59,355 bases of DNA. Origin: Candidatus Hydrogenedens sp. GTDB taxonomy: Bacteria; Hydrogenedentota; Hydrogenedentia; Hydrogenedentales; Hydrogenedentaceae. A model generated the notes under the pieces. The model was not told where the DNA came from. It worked only from the letters and a program-made list of their open reading frames with translations, and did not search any database. Numbering within the stretch: position 1 is the first letter of the stretch; each line of letters begins with the position of its first letter. Shown here piece after piece: positions 40,533-50,831 of the stretch. A program made the translations under genes and the position numbers. Location of the stretch: the NCBI GenBank assembly GCA_049968235.1, contig JBMFRC010000020.1, positions 1 through 59,355 of the forward strand. Direction: 5' to 3'.

Positions 40533-40564
40533 TCTTAATAGTATAATGATATTGGAGTTATACC

Positions 40565-40795
40565 GTGAAAGAACTTGTAGAATTTATAGTTAAAAAATTG
40601 GTTAAAAAACCAGAAGAGATTTCCGTATCTTCCATAGAATCCGAAGAACAGATTGTGTTGCAATTAAAAGTAGAAAAAGAAGATATGGGAAGAATTATTG
40701 GTAAGAATGGTAAGACAATTAAAGCGATACGGACAATAGTTAATATCGCTTCTGCCAAATTAGGGAAAAAAGTAAACCTGGAAGTCCTCGAATAA
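40565..40795 (+). CDS. KH-domain RNA-binding protein (YlqC-like)
   Basis: [21 protein letters not shown] motif. Conserved position after rpsP. Confidence 0.8.
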   Translation: MKELVEFIVKKLVKKPEEISVSSIESEEQIVLQLKVEKEDMGRIIGKNGKTIKAIRTIVNIASAKLGKKVNLEVLE

Positions 40796-40827
40796 CGAGA
40801 ACAGATAAACATATAAGTTTATATGGA

Positions 40828-41550
40828 ATGACAATACAAATAGATGTTTTAACAATTTTCCCAGAATACTTTACAATACCTCTTCAAAATAGTTTGTTAG
40901 GTAAAGCAATTCAAGAGGAAATAATGAAAGTAAGAGTGCATAACATAAGAGATTTTGCCAAAGATAAACATAAAACGGTCGATGATACTCCTTACGGAGG
41001 AGGACCGGGAATGGTAATGAAGTGTGAGCCTATGTTTGAAGCAGTGGAATCTTTAAGAGATAGCAACTCTCTCGAACATGTAATTTTGTTATCTCCCGGA
41101 GGTAAACTACTCACACAGGACAAAGTCAGGGAAATGGCACAATGGAAAGATTTTGTTCTAATTTGTGGGCGGTATGAAGGCGTTGATGAACGAGTTGTCG
41201 AGAACCTAATAACAGAAGAAATATCTATTGGCGATTATGTGTTAAGTGGGGGAGAATTACCCGCACTTGTAATTATCGAGGCTGTTAGTAGAATGTTGCC
41301 CGGTGTTATTGGCGAATGGGAGTCTGTTACAAATGATTCTTTATATGATGGATTATTATCTTATCCCCAATATACAAAGCCTGCAGAATTTCGTGGGATG
41401 AAGGTCCCGGAGATTTTATTGTCGGGAAATCATGAAAAAATAAAATTTTGGCGAGAAGAGCAATCTCTTTTGCGAACCAAAAAGAAACGCCCTGATTTAC
41501 TAAAAAAATATCTTGAAAAGAAAGAAGCAGACAATAAAAAAGTGGAATAA
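40828..41550 (+). CDS. trmD: tRNA (guanine37-N1)-methyltransferase
   Basis: [14 protein letters not shown], and [12 protein letters not shown] motifs of the SPOUT TrmD family. Confidence 0.9.
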   Translation: MTIQIDVLTIFPEYFTIPLQNSLLGKAIQEEIMKVRVHNIRDFAKDKHKTVDDTPYGGGPGMVMKCEPMFEAVESLRDSNSLEHVILLSPGGKLLTQDKVREMAQWKDFVLICGRYEGVDERVVENLITEEISIGDYVLSGGELPALVIIEAVSRMLPGVIGEWESVTNDSLYDGLLSYPQYTKPAEFRGMKVPEILLSGNHEKIKFWREEQSLLRTKKKRPDLLKKYLEKKEADNKKVE

Positions 41551-41599
41551 TCAAATACAAAATAAATATAATAAATACTTTATAAAAGGAGACTTAACC

Positions 41600-41995
41600 G
41601 TGGATGTAATTACAGAATATTTATCCAAGCACATGAAACCCCCGGAAAATTTGCCTGAATTTAATATAGGAGATACAGTTCGGGTTAATTTTAAGATTAT
41701 AGAAGGGGGAAAAGAAAGAATACAGGTTTTTGAAGGTGTTGTTATTGGTCGTAAGCATGGAACCAGTCCCCATGCTACCTTTACCGTAAGAAGAGTAACT
41801 TATGGTGAAGGAGTAGAACGCGTTTTCCCATTGCATTCCCCGCGTATTGCTAAAGTAGATGTCGTTCGCGAAGGTAAAGTGAGAAGAGCAAAACTTTATT
41901 ACCTGAGAGAGCGTATTGGTAAGCATGCCAAAGTAAAGGCGAAACAAAGACTTACAGTCGAAGAAACATCTCCAGAACCATCCAAAGAAAGTTAA
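41600..41995 (+). CDS. rplS: 50S ribosomal protein L19
   Basis: [26 protein letters not shown] core. A GTG start at 41600 lies 8 nt after AAGGAG. The ORF-track start at 41513 lies inside the trmD 3' end and is probably over-extended. Confidence 0.8.
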   Translation: MDVITEYLSKHMKPPENLPEFNIGDTVRVNFKIIEGGKERIQVFEGVVIGRKHGTSPHATFTVRRVTYGEGVERVFPLHSPRIAKVDVVREGKVRRAKLYYLRERIGKHAKVKAKQRLTVEETSPEPSKES

Positions 41996-42096
41996 AATTA
42001 TTATACAACTCAATTTTTTCATAGATATAAGGGGGTTGTTAATTTGAAAAAATATATAAAAGGGGGGTATAGTTTTAAAAACTATGGAATAATTCT

Positions 42097-42699
42097 ATGT
42101 TGAATGGGGATGTTCTTGTATTAAATCGCTCATGGATAGCGGTAAATATAACCACCGTTAAAAGGGCTATGGTTATGCTCTTTCAGGGGCATGCTTGTGT
42201 TGTACACCCACAAAATTATACATTATACGATTTTAATTCCTGGTGTGAGTTGTCTCAACAAAAAGAACAATTCCACAAGGGTCGTTATATTGTTACACCA
42301 AGTGTGAAGATATTACTCCCTGATGTGATTCTGCTAACTGTTTATAATGGTTTCGTCCTTCGCGAAGTTCGTTTGTGTCGAAAAAATATATTTGAAAGAG
42401 ACCGTTGTCAGTGTCAATACTGTGGCAAAGTATTACCCAAGCATGAATTAACTATTGACCATGTTATACCTCGTTCCCGCGGTGGAGAAGATACCTGGGA
42501 CAATTTAGTTCTTGCATGCTTATCATGTAATTTACGAAAAGGGAACCTGACTCCGGATGAAGCAGAAATGTCTCTACTTCGCAAACCTATTGCTCCTAAA
42601 TGGCTACCCAAATTGGGAATTCGTGTCCGAAAAGAGCAATTGTCAACATGGCAGAAGTTTGTTGATTTTGCATACTGGCATACAGAAATATCCGAGTAG
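42097..42699 (+). CDS. HNH endonuclease family protein
   Basis: HNH motif CQYCGKVLPKHELTIDHVIPRSRGGEDTWDNLVLACLSCNLRKG: zinc-finger Cys pairs plus catalytic H and N. Confidence 0.75.
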   Translation: MLNGDVLVLNRSWIAVNITTVKRAMVMLFQGHACVVHPQNYTLYDFNSWCELSQQKEQFHKGRYIVTPSVKILLPDVILLTVYNGFVLREVRLCRKNIFERDRCQCQYCGKVLPKHELTIDHVIPRSRGGEDTWDNLVLACLSCNLRKGNLTPDEAEMSLLRKPIAPKWLPKLGIRVRKEQLSTWQKFVDFAYWHTEISE

Positions 42700-42795
42700 A
42701 TTGCATAAAAAGGTAATAAAAGGGGACTATTCTTTTTGTTTTTTATTTCAACTTAAAATAATTACCAAAAGCGAAGAAATGGAATCTTTTATTTT

Positions 42796-45264
42796 GTGAA
42801 TAATATGTTTGCCGATGTAATCGTTTTATTACCTATTGATAGTATTTTAACTTACAAAATCCCCGAGAATTTACAATCCAAAATTGCTGTGGGGTCCCGT
42901 GTAATTGTCCCTATCAGGAATGCAATGGAAGTGGGTATCGTTATAAATGTCCATAATAATTATCCTGAAAGTGATATTGCGAAAGAAATCAAAGATATAA
43001 TTGATGCCCCGGATAAAGAAACTGTTATCAATCAAGAGATGATACAGTTATGTAAGTGGATTTCAGATTATTACATTTGTGCTCCGGGCTTATCACTTCA
43101 GATGGCAATTCCCGGTTTTTTACGCTCAACAGGTAAAATTAAATATGCTATTAATACAGACAGGCAATGTAATTATTTACCGGGAAGTCTACCCTATCAG
43201 ATTCTTGAAGTTATAAAGGATAGACCTTTAGACCTGAAAGAATTGAAAAAGAAATTTGGAAATGCGGAGATAGAGAACGAAATACCCCTTTTACTGAAAG
43301 ATGGAATTATCAAAGTTATTATTGAACCGATAAAAATACAAGAAAAAATAAAGAAAGAAATATGGGTACGATTAAGAAAAGATAAAACGGTTACGCAGGA
43401 AGATTTATTACTCTGGCAAAAAAAAGCTCCTCAGCAGGTAAAGACTTATCTTTTCTTACTTCATGAAGGGAAGGAGTATCCACTTTCTGAATTAATTCAG
43501 ATGCAGGAAATTAGCAGGAGTATTGTTTCATCCCTTAAACGGAAAGGATTAATAGAATTCATAGAAAAAAGTGTTCTGCGAATTCCCAGAGTATATCAAT
43601 ATACAGAATCCTTTGAAAACCATCAGCCAATCATTCTGAATGAAGAACAACAATTATGTATAAAATCCATTTCTGACGCGATTCATGAACAGAAGTTCAA
43701 GACTTTTCTGCTTTTCGGTGTAACAGGTTCAGGAAAAACAGAGGTGTATTTACAGGCAATACAGAAGGCAATGGAATGTGGACAACAATCTTTACTCCTT
43801 GTGCCGGAAATTTCTCTCACTCCGCAGACGATTGCCCGATTATATTCACGGTTTAAAGAACAGGTGGCTGTTTTACATAGCGGTTTAAGTGAAGGAGAAA
43901 GATTTGATGAGTGGAGAAGAATAAAAGAAAGGAAAGTAAATGTAGTTGTAGGTGTCCGTTCTGCAATTTTTGCACCTTTTCAACGTTTAGGACTTATTAT
44001 TATAGATGAGGAACACGAACATACCTATAAACAGGGAGAAACTCCACGATACCATGCGAGAGATGTCGCTGTTATGCGTGCTCAGATAAATTCTGCTGTA
44101 TGTGTTTTAGGTTCTGCTACACCCTCCCTTGAATCTTTTATGCATGCATCATCAGCCAAATATCATTTACTTCAATTAACACAGAGAGTTGCATCCGGTT
44201 CGTTACCTTTGATTCATATTGTTGACTTAAGAAAAGAAACGGATAAAACTTCAGGAGAACCTGTGCTTTCAGCATTACTCAGAGAGAAAATAGATGAACG
44301 ATTAAAAAGAAAAGAACAGACCATCTTATTAATTAACCGCCGTGGCTTTTCTCCTATATCCATGTGCCCATCCTGTGGCTGGATAGTATTATGTCCCAAT
44401 TGCCAAACAAGTTTGAATTATCATAGATACGATGGTACAGTGCGTTGCCATTATTGCAATTACAAACAACCTCGACCCGTTCAATGTCTTGAATGTGGTC
44501 AAACCCCATTAGTGCTAATAGGAACAGGTACCCAGCGAATAGAAGATATGTTAATACAGAATTTCCCATCTGCATCAATAGCAAGAATGGATACAGATGT
44601 TACTATATCAAAAAGTAGAGGATATTCTGTTTTAAAAAAATTTGCAGAACATAAAATAGATATTCTTATCGGGACACAGATGATAGCCAAAGGACATGAT
44701 TATCCCCATGTTACTCTGGTTGGGGTATTGAATGCGGATATAGGACTATCCATCCCCAATTTTCGTTCTACTGAATTTGTATTTCAATTGCTTATGCAAG
44801 TAGCAGGACGTTCCGGTAGAAGGGAAAGAACAGGAGAGGTTGTTATCCAGACATTTATGCCCGGACATTATGTTATTAAATCTATCCAGAATCATGATTA
44901 CAAGTTATTTGCGGAATATGAATTGAGAAATCGTAAAACTGTAGGTTATCCACCCTATAATCGCATGATTCAATTCGGATTGGAATCTGAAGATGAAAAA
45001 GAAGTAAGAGATATGGTGTATAATCTTGTGCAATATTCGAAGATGAATTTAAATATACAACAGAATAACTGCCATATATTAGGTCCTGCTCCTGCTATAA
45101 TACGCAAGGTTCAAGGAAAATATCGTTGGCAATTTGCTCTATTAGGAAAAGCCACAAAAACTATTAATGCTATAGCAAGAGATATTAATAACTATTTTTA
45201 TACACAAAAAACAAGTAGTAAAATTTTACTTCGGATTGATGTTGACCCTTATGATATATATTAA
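42796..45264 (+). CDS. priA: primosomal protein N' (replication restart helicase PriA)
   Basis: Walker A GVTGSGKT. DEEH box. Cys-rich zinc-binding insert CPSCGW...CPNC...CHYCNY...CLECG. Confidence 0.9.
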   Translation: MNNMFADVIVLLPIDSILTYKIPENLQSKIAVGSRVIVPIRNAMEVGIVINVHNNYPESDIAKEIKDIIDAPDKETVINQEMIQLCKWISDYYICAPGLSLQMAIPGFLRSTGKIKYAINTDRQCNYLPGSLPYQILEVIKDRPLDLKELKKKFGNAEIENEIPLLLKDGIIKVIIEPIKIQEKIKKEIWVRLRKDKTVTQEDLLLWQKKAPQQVKTYLFLLHEGKEYPLSELIQMQEISRSIVSSLKRKGLIEFIEKSVLRIPRVYQYTESFENHQPIILNEEQQLCIKSISDAIHEQKFKTFLLFGVTGSGKTEVYLQAIQKAMECGQQSLLLVPEISLTPQTIARLYSRFKEQVAVLHSGLSEGERFDEWRRIKERKVNVVVGVRSAIFAPFQRLGLIIIDEEHEHTYKQGETPRYHARDVAVMRAQINSAVCVLGSATPSLESFMHASSAKYHLLQLTQRVASGSLPLIHIVDLRKETDKTSGEPVLSALLREKIDERLKRKEQTILLINRRGFSPISMCPSCGWIVLCPNCQTSLNYHRYDGTVRCHYCNYKQPRPVQCLECGQTPLVLIGTGTQRIEDMLIQNFPSASIARMDTDVTISKSRGYSVLKKFAEHKIDILIGTQMIAKGHDYPHVTLVGVLNADIGLSIPNFRSTEFVFQLLMQVAGRSGRRERTGEVVIQTFMPGHYVIKSIQNHDYKLFAEYELRNRKTVGYPPYNRMIQFGLESEDEKEVRDMVYNLVQYSKMNLNIQQNNCHILGPAPAIIRKVQGKYRWQFALLGKATKTINAIARDINNYFYTQKTSSKILLRIDVDPYDIY

Positions 45265-45299
45265 AATGCGGTCTAAAATTAATTAAAGAAAGGTGAAAT

Positions 45300-45980
45300 A
45301 TGGAAATTAAAGTGTTTATTTTTGATTTAGATGGAACTTTAATGGATTCTGAAATCATCTGGGTATATGCAATTTACGAATATCTTTTAGATAAAGGATT
45401 GGATATGAGTTATGGCAGTGCGGTTGACCTTGTTTATGGCAATTCATGGGAATATATTTATGAGGAATTAGAAAAAAGGTATCCTGAATTAAAAAATGAA
45501 ATGCCTAATTTTATAGAAAAAGTATATCCATATTTTAATAAATATATAGAAAAAATGCCTTTAGCGATACCCTCGTCAATACAATTATTAAAAGAATTAT
45601 CAAACAATTATATTTGTGCCATTGTTTCAGGTTCCTATCGTAGGGATGTTATAGAAGCCATTCAAAGGTTAGGAATAGAAGAAAACATATCTTTATTTTT
45701 AGGAAAGGAAGATTATTACCCCGGCAAACCTCATCCCGCTGGGTATGTGAAGGCAAGTGAACTGTTAAAGGTAAAACCGGAACAGTGTGTTGTTTTCGAA
45801 GATTCTACTGTAGGAGTTAATTCTGCAAAATCTGCGGGTATGTTCTGTGTAGCTCTGGCAAGACCAGACCGCCCTAAACAGGATATTTCTCTTGCGGACC
45901 TTGTCCTCTCTGATTTAAGCCAGTTTTCTCTGGATTTGTTAGAACAGAAATGCAGGAAAGAATGTTCAGCGATGGAATAG
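45300..45980 (+). CDS. HAD-superfamily hydrolase (beta-phosphoglucomutase-like subfamily IA)
   Basis: Motif I FIFDLDGTLMDSE. Motif II SGS. C-terminal FEDSTVGVNSAKSAGM. Confidence 0.7.
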   Translation: MEIKVFIFDLDGTLMDSEIIWVYAIYEYLLDKGLDMSYGSAVDLVYGNSWEYIYEELEKRYPELKNEMPNFIEKVYPYFNKYIEKMPLAIPSSIQLLKELSNNYICAIVSGSYRRDVIEAIQRLGIEENISLFLGKEDYYPGKPHPAGYVKASELLKVKPEQCVVFEDSTVGVNSAKSAGMFCVALARPDRPKQDISLADLVLSDLSQFSLDLLEQKCRKECSAME

Positions 45981-46202
45981 ACTTAAAGCAAATATTATAA
46001 GATTGATGATGATAGTAAGTATTAAACTCAGAATAATAGATGTAGTTAATGGAAAATAAACTTTACCTTTCTCCCATTCAAAATTTATATCTCCGGGAAG
46101 TTTCCCAAAATTAAAAGGTAGTAAATTAGAAAGCCAGATTGTCCCTCCAATGAAAAGGAATACAAGACCTAATACAAAAAAGTATTTTGCAAGGTTGTTC
46201 AT
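45966..46202 (-). CDS. small membrane protein (DUF2905-like)
   Basis: 78 aa, two TM helices separated by GKLPGDINFEW. Confidence 0.45.
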   Translation of the reverse strand: MNNLAKYFFVLGLVFLFIGGTIWLSNLLPFNFGKLPGDINFEWEKGKVYFPLTTSIILSLILTIIINLIIFALSLFHR

Positions 46203-46214
46203 ATTAAACCTCCA

Positions 46215-47318
46215 TTAATACTTATATAAACACTTTTTATATGTTTCAAGTGTTTGTTGAGCGGTCTTTTCCCATGTAAAATTTTTAACATAAATCATTC
46301 CGTTTTGACTCATATCCTGTCTTTTTGTGTTGTCTTCGCAAAGATAATGAATTGATTCAGCAATGTGTTGAATATCATGAGGGTCAACCAGCAATGCTTT
46401 GTCTCCAAGTATTTCAGGAAAGGTTCCACAATTGGATGCGATTACAGGCGTACCACAACTCATCGCTTCAAGAGGGGGTAAGCCAAAACCTTCGTAAAAA
46501 CTAATATACATAAAAATATCTGCTCCACTTATAATAACGGGAAAATCCTCATCCAGGATATACCCTAATCTGTGAATACGTTCGCGATGTTCCGATTTAT
46601 TTATGATTTCTTCGATACTTCTTGTCTTCCAACCTGTGCGTCCTATAATAACAAGGTCATGATGAATCTTATGAGCAATGTTTGACCATGCTCTAATGAG
46701 AGATGGAATATTTTTCCGTGGTTCTAATGTACCCGCAAATAGAATATACTTTTCTGGGAGTTTGTATTTATTTTTAATTTCATCTATTTTTTGTTGAGGC
46801 TGTGGTTTAAAGAAATCACTAACGCCGAGATATATTACATCAATTTTGTCTTTATTAATGTCGTAATGCTTTTGTATCTCTTTTTTAGAAAAAAAAGAAT
46901 CAGTAATAATTCGTTGAGAGAATTTTATTGTCTCTTCAACAGTTCTTTTATAGAACCATTGATAGTGGATTGGAAACCAATTTGGATTTTCTAAGAAAGC
47001 AAGGTCGTGAACTGTTGTGATATGGGGAACATTTCCCAATTTATAGCCATAAGTTGCGGGATAATGGACGATATCAGGTTGAAATTCATTGAAATACTTT
47101 TTTAGAAGGAATGATTGAAAAAATCTCATTATATATTTGTTACTCGGTAAAGATTGAACGGTTAATTTGTTAGACGATATAGATAAAGACTTTGACAAAG
47201 GAAGGAATATATGTAATTCTTCAGGAAGATTGATAAGATTTTTGACTAATTCTTCCGTATATCTACCTGTTCCACTTAAATTACCTATCTGAAAACCATT
47301 TAATAAAATATGTATCAT
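46215..47318 (-). CDS. glycosyltransferase family 4
   Basis: EGFGLPPLEAMSCGTPVIASN is the GT4 EX7E region. Confidence 0.8.
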   Translation of the reverse strand: MIHILLNGFQIGNLSGTGRYTEELVKNLINLPEELHIFLPLSKSLSISSNKLTVQSLPSNKYIMRFFQSFLLKKYFNEFQPDIVHYPATYGYKLGNVPHITTVHDLAFLENPNWFPIHYQWFYKRTVEETIKFSQRIITDSFFSKKEIQKHYDINKDKIDVIYLGVSDFFKPQPQQKIDEIKNKYKLPEKYILFAGTLEPRKNIPSLIRAWSNIAHKIHHDLVIIGRTGWKTRSIEEIINKSEHRERIHRLGYILDEDFPVIISGADIFMYISFYEGFGLPPLEAMSCGTPVIASNCGTFPEILGDKALLVDPHDIQHIAESIHYLCEDNTKRQDMSQNGMIYVKNFTWEKTAQQTLETYKKCLYKY

Positions 47319-48475
47319 ATTTTTCCCAGTTCTTTATAAACTTCGAAATGAGATTGTGCAGTTTTTTGCCAACTAAAATTTTTTGCCTGTAATATACTAT
47401 GATTACTCATATCATTTAGTATTCTTTTATCAAATAAAATTTTCAGTATTGTTTCTGCAAAATTGTCTATATCCTGCGGATTTATTGTAATCCCCTGTGT
47501 CCCTACAACTTCAGGTAATGCCCCCTGATTAGAAACAATTGTAGGACACCCACACGCCATTGCTTCAAGTGGTGGAATCCCAAAACCTTCATCAAAACTG
47601 GGAAAGACAAATAAGTCCGCAGAATTATAGAACCACTTTAATTCAGTATGGTCCTGTACATAATTCAAATAAACAATTTTCTCTGCACATGCTAACCGTT
47701 GCATGTACAAAAAAATATCATCTGCATGAAATCCTTTTTTCCCTATTAAAACGAGTTTATGGGGAATTTGGCGATGTATCTTTTCATAAATATTGAGGAG
47801 ACCGGTTATGTTTTTTCTCTCTTCAATAGTTCCCACAAATAAAATGAATGGGGAATCAATACGATAATGTCCTTCTACATAGTTTTGTGCTTCTTCTTTA
47901 TCCAGAGGTTGAAAAATAGTATTGTCAAAACCTGGATATGAAACGGATACTTTATTCGATGAAATACCTATCAATATCTCTATATCCTTTTTGCTTTTCT
48001 CAGAACAGGTAATAATATGAGAAGCTCTTTGTGCAGAATTTATTATGTTGGGTAGAAATAAATTTTTTATTTGCGGACTTACCCATTGAGGGTTTGTTAG
48101 AAAAGTTAAGTCATAAATAGATAAAACAGTTTTTTTATTCTGGACTGGGGGTAAGTAGTAGTTTGTGAAATGAAAAATTGAATTATCATGAAAAAAATGG
48201 TCAATCCCTGGATAATGAAAGTGTTCCCACCATTTGTATAATATCCTTACAGGGATAGGAATGTATTTATTTCTCTGTAATTTTCTGACTATTTCAAGAG
48301 AATTTTTTTGAAACCTATGGAGACCAAATGAAATTCCATTTATTTTTAAGTCATTATACTCTGATAGCAGGTATTTAAGTGTATAGTGAACATAATTGCC
48401 AATACCTGTTTTTTTACCTCGTAAAGGGGTGATGTCAATAGTTACAGAAAAATTTAAATAGGATAAATCATTCAT
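47315..48475 (-). CDS. glycosyltransferase family 4
   Basis: EGFGIPPLEAMACGCPTIVSN. A 4-nt overlap with the downstream GT4 gene indicates an operon. Confidence 0.8.
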   Translation of the reverse strand: MNDLSYLNFSVTIDITPLRGKKTGIGNYVHYTLKYLLSEYNDLKINGISFGLHRFQKNSLEIVRKLQRNKYIPIPVRILYKWWEHFHYPGIDHFFHDNSIFHFTNYYLPPVQNKKTVLSIYDLTFLTNPQWVSPQIKNLFLPNIINSAQRASHIITCSEKSKKDIEILIGISSNKVSVSYPGFDNTIFQPLDKEEAQNYVEGHYRIDSPFILFVGTIEERKNITGLLNIYEKIHRQIPHKLVLIGKKGFHADDIFLYMQRLACAEKIVYLNYVQDHTELKWFYNSADLFVFPSFDEGFGIPPLEAMACGCPTIVSNQGALPEVVGTQGITINPQDIDNFAETILKILFDKRILNDMSNHSILQAKNFSWQKTAQSHFEVYKELGKI

Positions 48476-48594
48476 AAAAGTCTGCTTTTGTAATTTAATA
48501 TGTTTAAGCGATAAAATATTATAATGTTGGATGTTTATGCAATTTAAAATCCAGATTCCAAATAAACATTAACTTTAAAAGAAGGAGTATTTCA

Positions 48595-49692
48595 ATGCTT
48601 ATTGATTTTGGTGGGACGAAAGAAGAAGTGATTACTCGAAAAGAATTTCCTATGGCAAAGGCAAGGAAAGTTTTGAAGGACGAAGTAATTGCAATTATAG
48701 GGTATGGAGTTCAGGGTCCGGCGCAGAGTTTAAATTTGCGAGATAACGGTTTTAATGTAATTGTAGGACAGGACCCGAAATTTAAGTCCGATTGGGACCG
48801 TGCTGTAAAAGATGGCTGGAAACCTGGCAAAACTTTGTTTGATATTGAAGAAGCCTGTGAGAAAGGAACAATTATTCAATTATTGGTTTCTGATGCAGCA
48901 CAAAAAGCTATTTGGCCCGATGTAAAGAAGCATTTGAAACCCGGAGATGCCCTATATTTCTCTCATGGTTTTTCTATCGTATACAAAAATTTAACGAAAG
49001 TAATTCCGCCTGATTATGTGGATGTTATTATGGTTGCTCCAAAAGGGTCAGGTACTTCTGTTCGTAGAAATTTCTTGAGTGGTGCTGGTATTAATTCCAG
49101 TTATGCCGTTGCTCAAGACTATACGGGGAGAGCATTAGAACGATGCTTAGCACTTGGTATAGGTATCGGTTCTGGCTTCTTATTCCCGACTACTTTTGAA
49201 AATGAAGTATATAGCGATTTGACAGGTGAAAGAGGTGTATTAATGGGTGCCCTTGCAGGTATTATGGAAGCACAATATCAGGTTCTACGCGAGAATGGTC
49301 ATAGTCCCAGTGAGGCGTTCAACGAAACGGTAGAAGAACTTACACAGAGTTTAATCCGTCTTGTTGATGAGAACGGAATGGACTGGATGTATCAGAATTG
49401 TTCCGCAACGGCACAACGCGGTGCTTTGGATTGGAAACCTAAATTTAAAAAAGCAACGCTTCCTGTTTTTCGTGAATTGTATAAACGCGTGAAAGAAGGG
49501 GCTGAAACAAAGCGTGTATTAAAATCTTTGGGCAATCCAAATTATAAGCAGGAATTGCAGAAAGAACTTGCAGAAATGGCAAATAGTGAAATGTGGCTTG
49601 CCGGAAAAGCATGTAGGGCATTAAGACCCAAAGAACCTGCAAGTAAACAGATTAAGTCAAAAGTTGGAACCCAAGGAAGAACTAATTATTAA
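48595..49692 (+). CDS. ilvC: ketol-acid reductoisomerase (class I)
   Basis: Rossmann GYGVQGPAQSLNLRDNGFNV. The DFGGT...EFP N-terminal extension is as seen in some class I enzymes. C-terminal extension is present. Confidence 0.85.
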   Translation: MLIDFGGTKEEVITRKEFPMAKARKVLKDEVIAIIGYGVQGPAQSLNLRDNGFNVIVGQDPKFKSDWDRAVKDGWKPGKTLFDIEEACEKGTIIQLLVSDAAQKAIWPDVKKHLKPGDALYFSHGFSIVYKNLTKVIPPDYVDVIMVAPKGSGTSVRRNFLSGAGINSSYAVAQDYTGRALERCLALGIGIGSGFLFPTTFENEVYSDLTGERGVLMGALAGIMEAQYQVLRENGHSPSEAFNETVEELTQSLIRLVDENGMDWMYQNCSATAQRGALDWKPKFKKATLPVFRELYKRVKEGAETKRVLKSLGNPNYKQELQKELAEMANSEMWLAGKACRALRPKEPASKQIKSKVGTQGRTNY

Positions 49693-49720
49693 TGGGTTCA
49701 TTGTGTATTGATAATTATAT

Positions 49721-49749
49721 CCGGGAAGTGAAACTTCCCGGATTTTTTT
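49721..49749 (+). terminator. rho-independent terminator after ilvC
   Basis: CCGGGAAG-TGAAA-CTTCCCGG perfect 8-bp stem followed by ATTTTTTT. Confidence 0.6.
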
Positions 49750-49763
49750 GTGATGATTTAAAT

Positions 49764-50831
49764 ATGAAAAGAACAATCATTGAAACATACCTGTATAGTA
49801 AAGAAAAACCTTCTCGTTTCCTGTTTCCTGTATTAAATAGTTTGGCGTACTTCCAGAAATGGGGAATGTGGGTTCGTTCCCAAAAAACGGTTTATAGACC
49901 GAACATATATGTGGTGAGTTTCGGGGGGATTACAATAGGAGGAGTAGGTAAAACGCCCGCAGTTATAGAACGATTAGAAAATGAAACTAAAGATGGTAAT
50001 AAAAAAATTTGTGTAATTAGCAGGGGTTATGGAACAAAAAAATATAGGGGTATCATAGAAGGTTGTTATAAAGGGGAAAATGTCCATTTAAGGAAATATT
50101 ATAAAGAAAACAGATTTCCCGTAGAAGAGATAACCATTCCTATCAATAAGGCTTATACAATTTTGGGAGATGAATTATCATTAATCCTTTACCGTATAAA
50201 AAATATAACAGTGGTCAAAGATTCAAACCGAGTGAGGGCGGTAAAATGGGCAGAGCATAATGGATTTAATATGGTAATTTTGGATGATGCATATCAGTAT
50301 TTGATGATAGGTCGAAATGAAAATATTTTACTATTAAGTGCACTGAACCCATGGGGAAATGGACTTATTTTTCCAGCAGGTATTTTAAGGGAACCTTTGG
50401 ATGCTATGCATAGGGCAACAGAAATATGGATAACACACTGTGATCAGGTACCAAAGGAAAATTTGAAAAAATTGAAAATTTTTCTAAAAGATATTTGCCC
50501 GGAGAAAAAAATACGATGGACATACCATAAACCATTGTATTGGACAAAAAAGAATTCTTCCTATCAACTCCCTGTGGATTACTTCACAGGTAAGGATGTG
50601 GATGTATTTTGTGCGGTTGGAAATCCCCAATCCTTCTTAAATATATTGGGACGGCAACAAATAAATATTAAAAACACTTATCTATACCGTGACCATACAC
50701 CTATACCGAGCAAGATATTAAAAGGGGAGAGAGTTATCTTGACTACGGAGAAAAATCTTTTAACTTTGGAAGAAGAACGGGCAGAGGTGTATGCCCTTTG
50801 TATTGGACTTGCTGATTATTTATGGGATTAA
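49764..50831 (+). CDS. lpxK: tetraacyldisaccharide 4'-kinase
   Basis: P-loop VVSFGGITIGGVGKTP and ISRGYG motifs. Start moved to the ATG at 49764, downstream of the ilvC terminator. The ORF-track start at 49692 lies within the terminator hairpin region. Confidence 0.7.
   Translation: MKRTIIETYLYSKEKPSRFLFPVLNSLAYFQKWGMWVRSQKTVYRPNIYVVSFGGITIGGVGKTPAVIERLENETKDGNKKICVISRGYGTKKYRGIIEGCYKGENVHLRKYYKENRFPVEEITIPINKAYTILGDELSLILYRIKNITVVKDSNRVRAVKWAEHNGFNMVILDDAYQYLMIGRNENILLLSALNPWGNGLIFPAGILREPLDAMHRATEIWITHCDQVPKENLKKLKIFLKDICPEKKIRWTYHKPLYWTKKNSSYQLPVDYFTGKDVDVFCAVGNPQSFLNILGRQQINIKNTYLYRDHTPIPSKILKGERVILTTEKNLLTLEEERAEVYALCIGLADYLWD

Noticed and set aside
42097-42699. HNH endonuclease as part of the CRISPR-Cas system or another defence island.
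   Set aside because: It lies 12 kb from cas9, embedded between ribosomal and replication genes, with no adjacent cas, restriction-modification or mobile-element genes.
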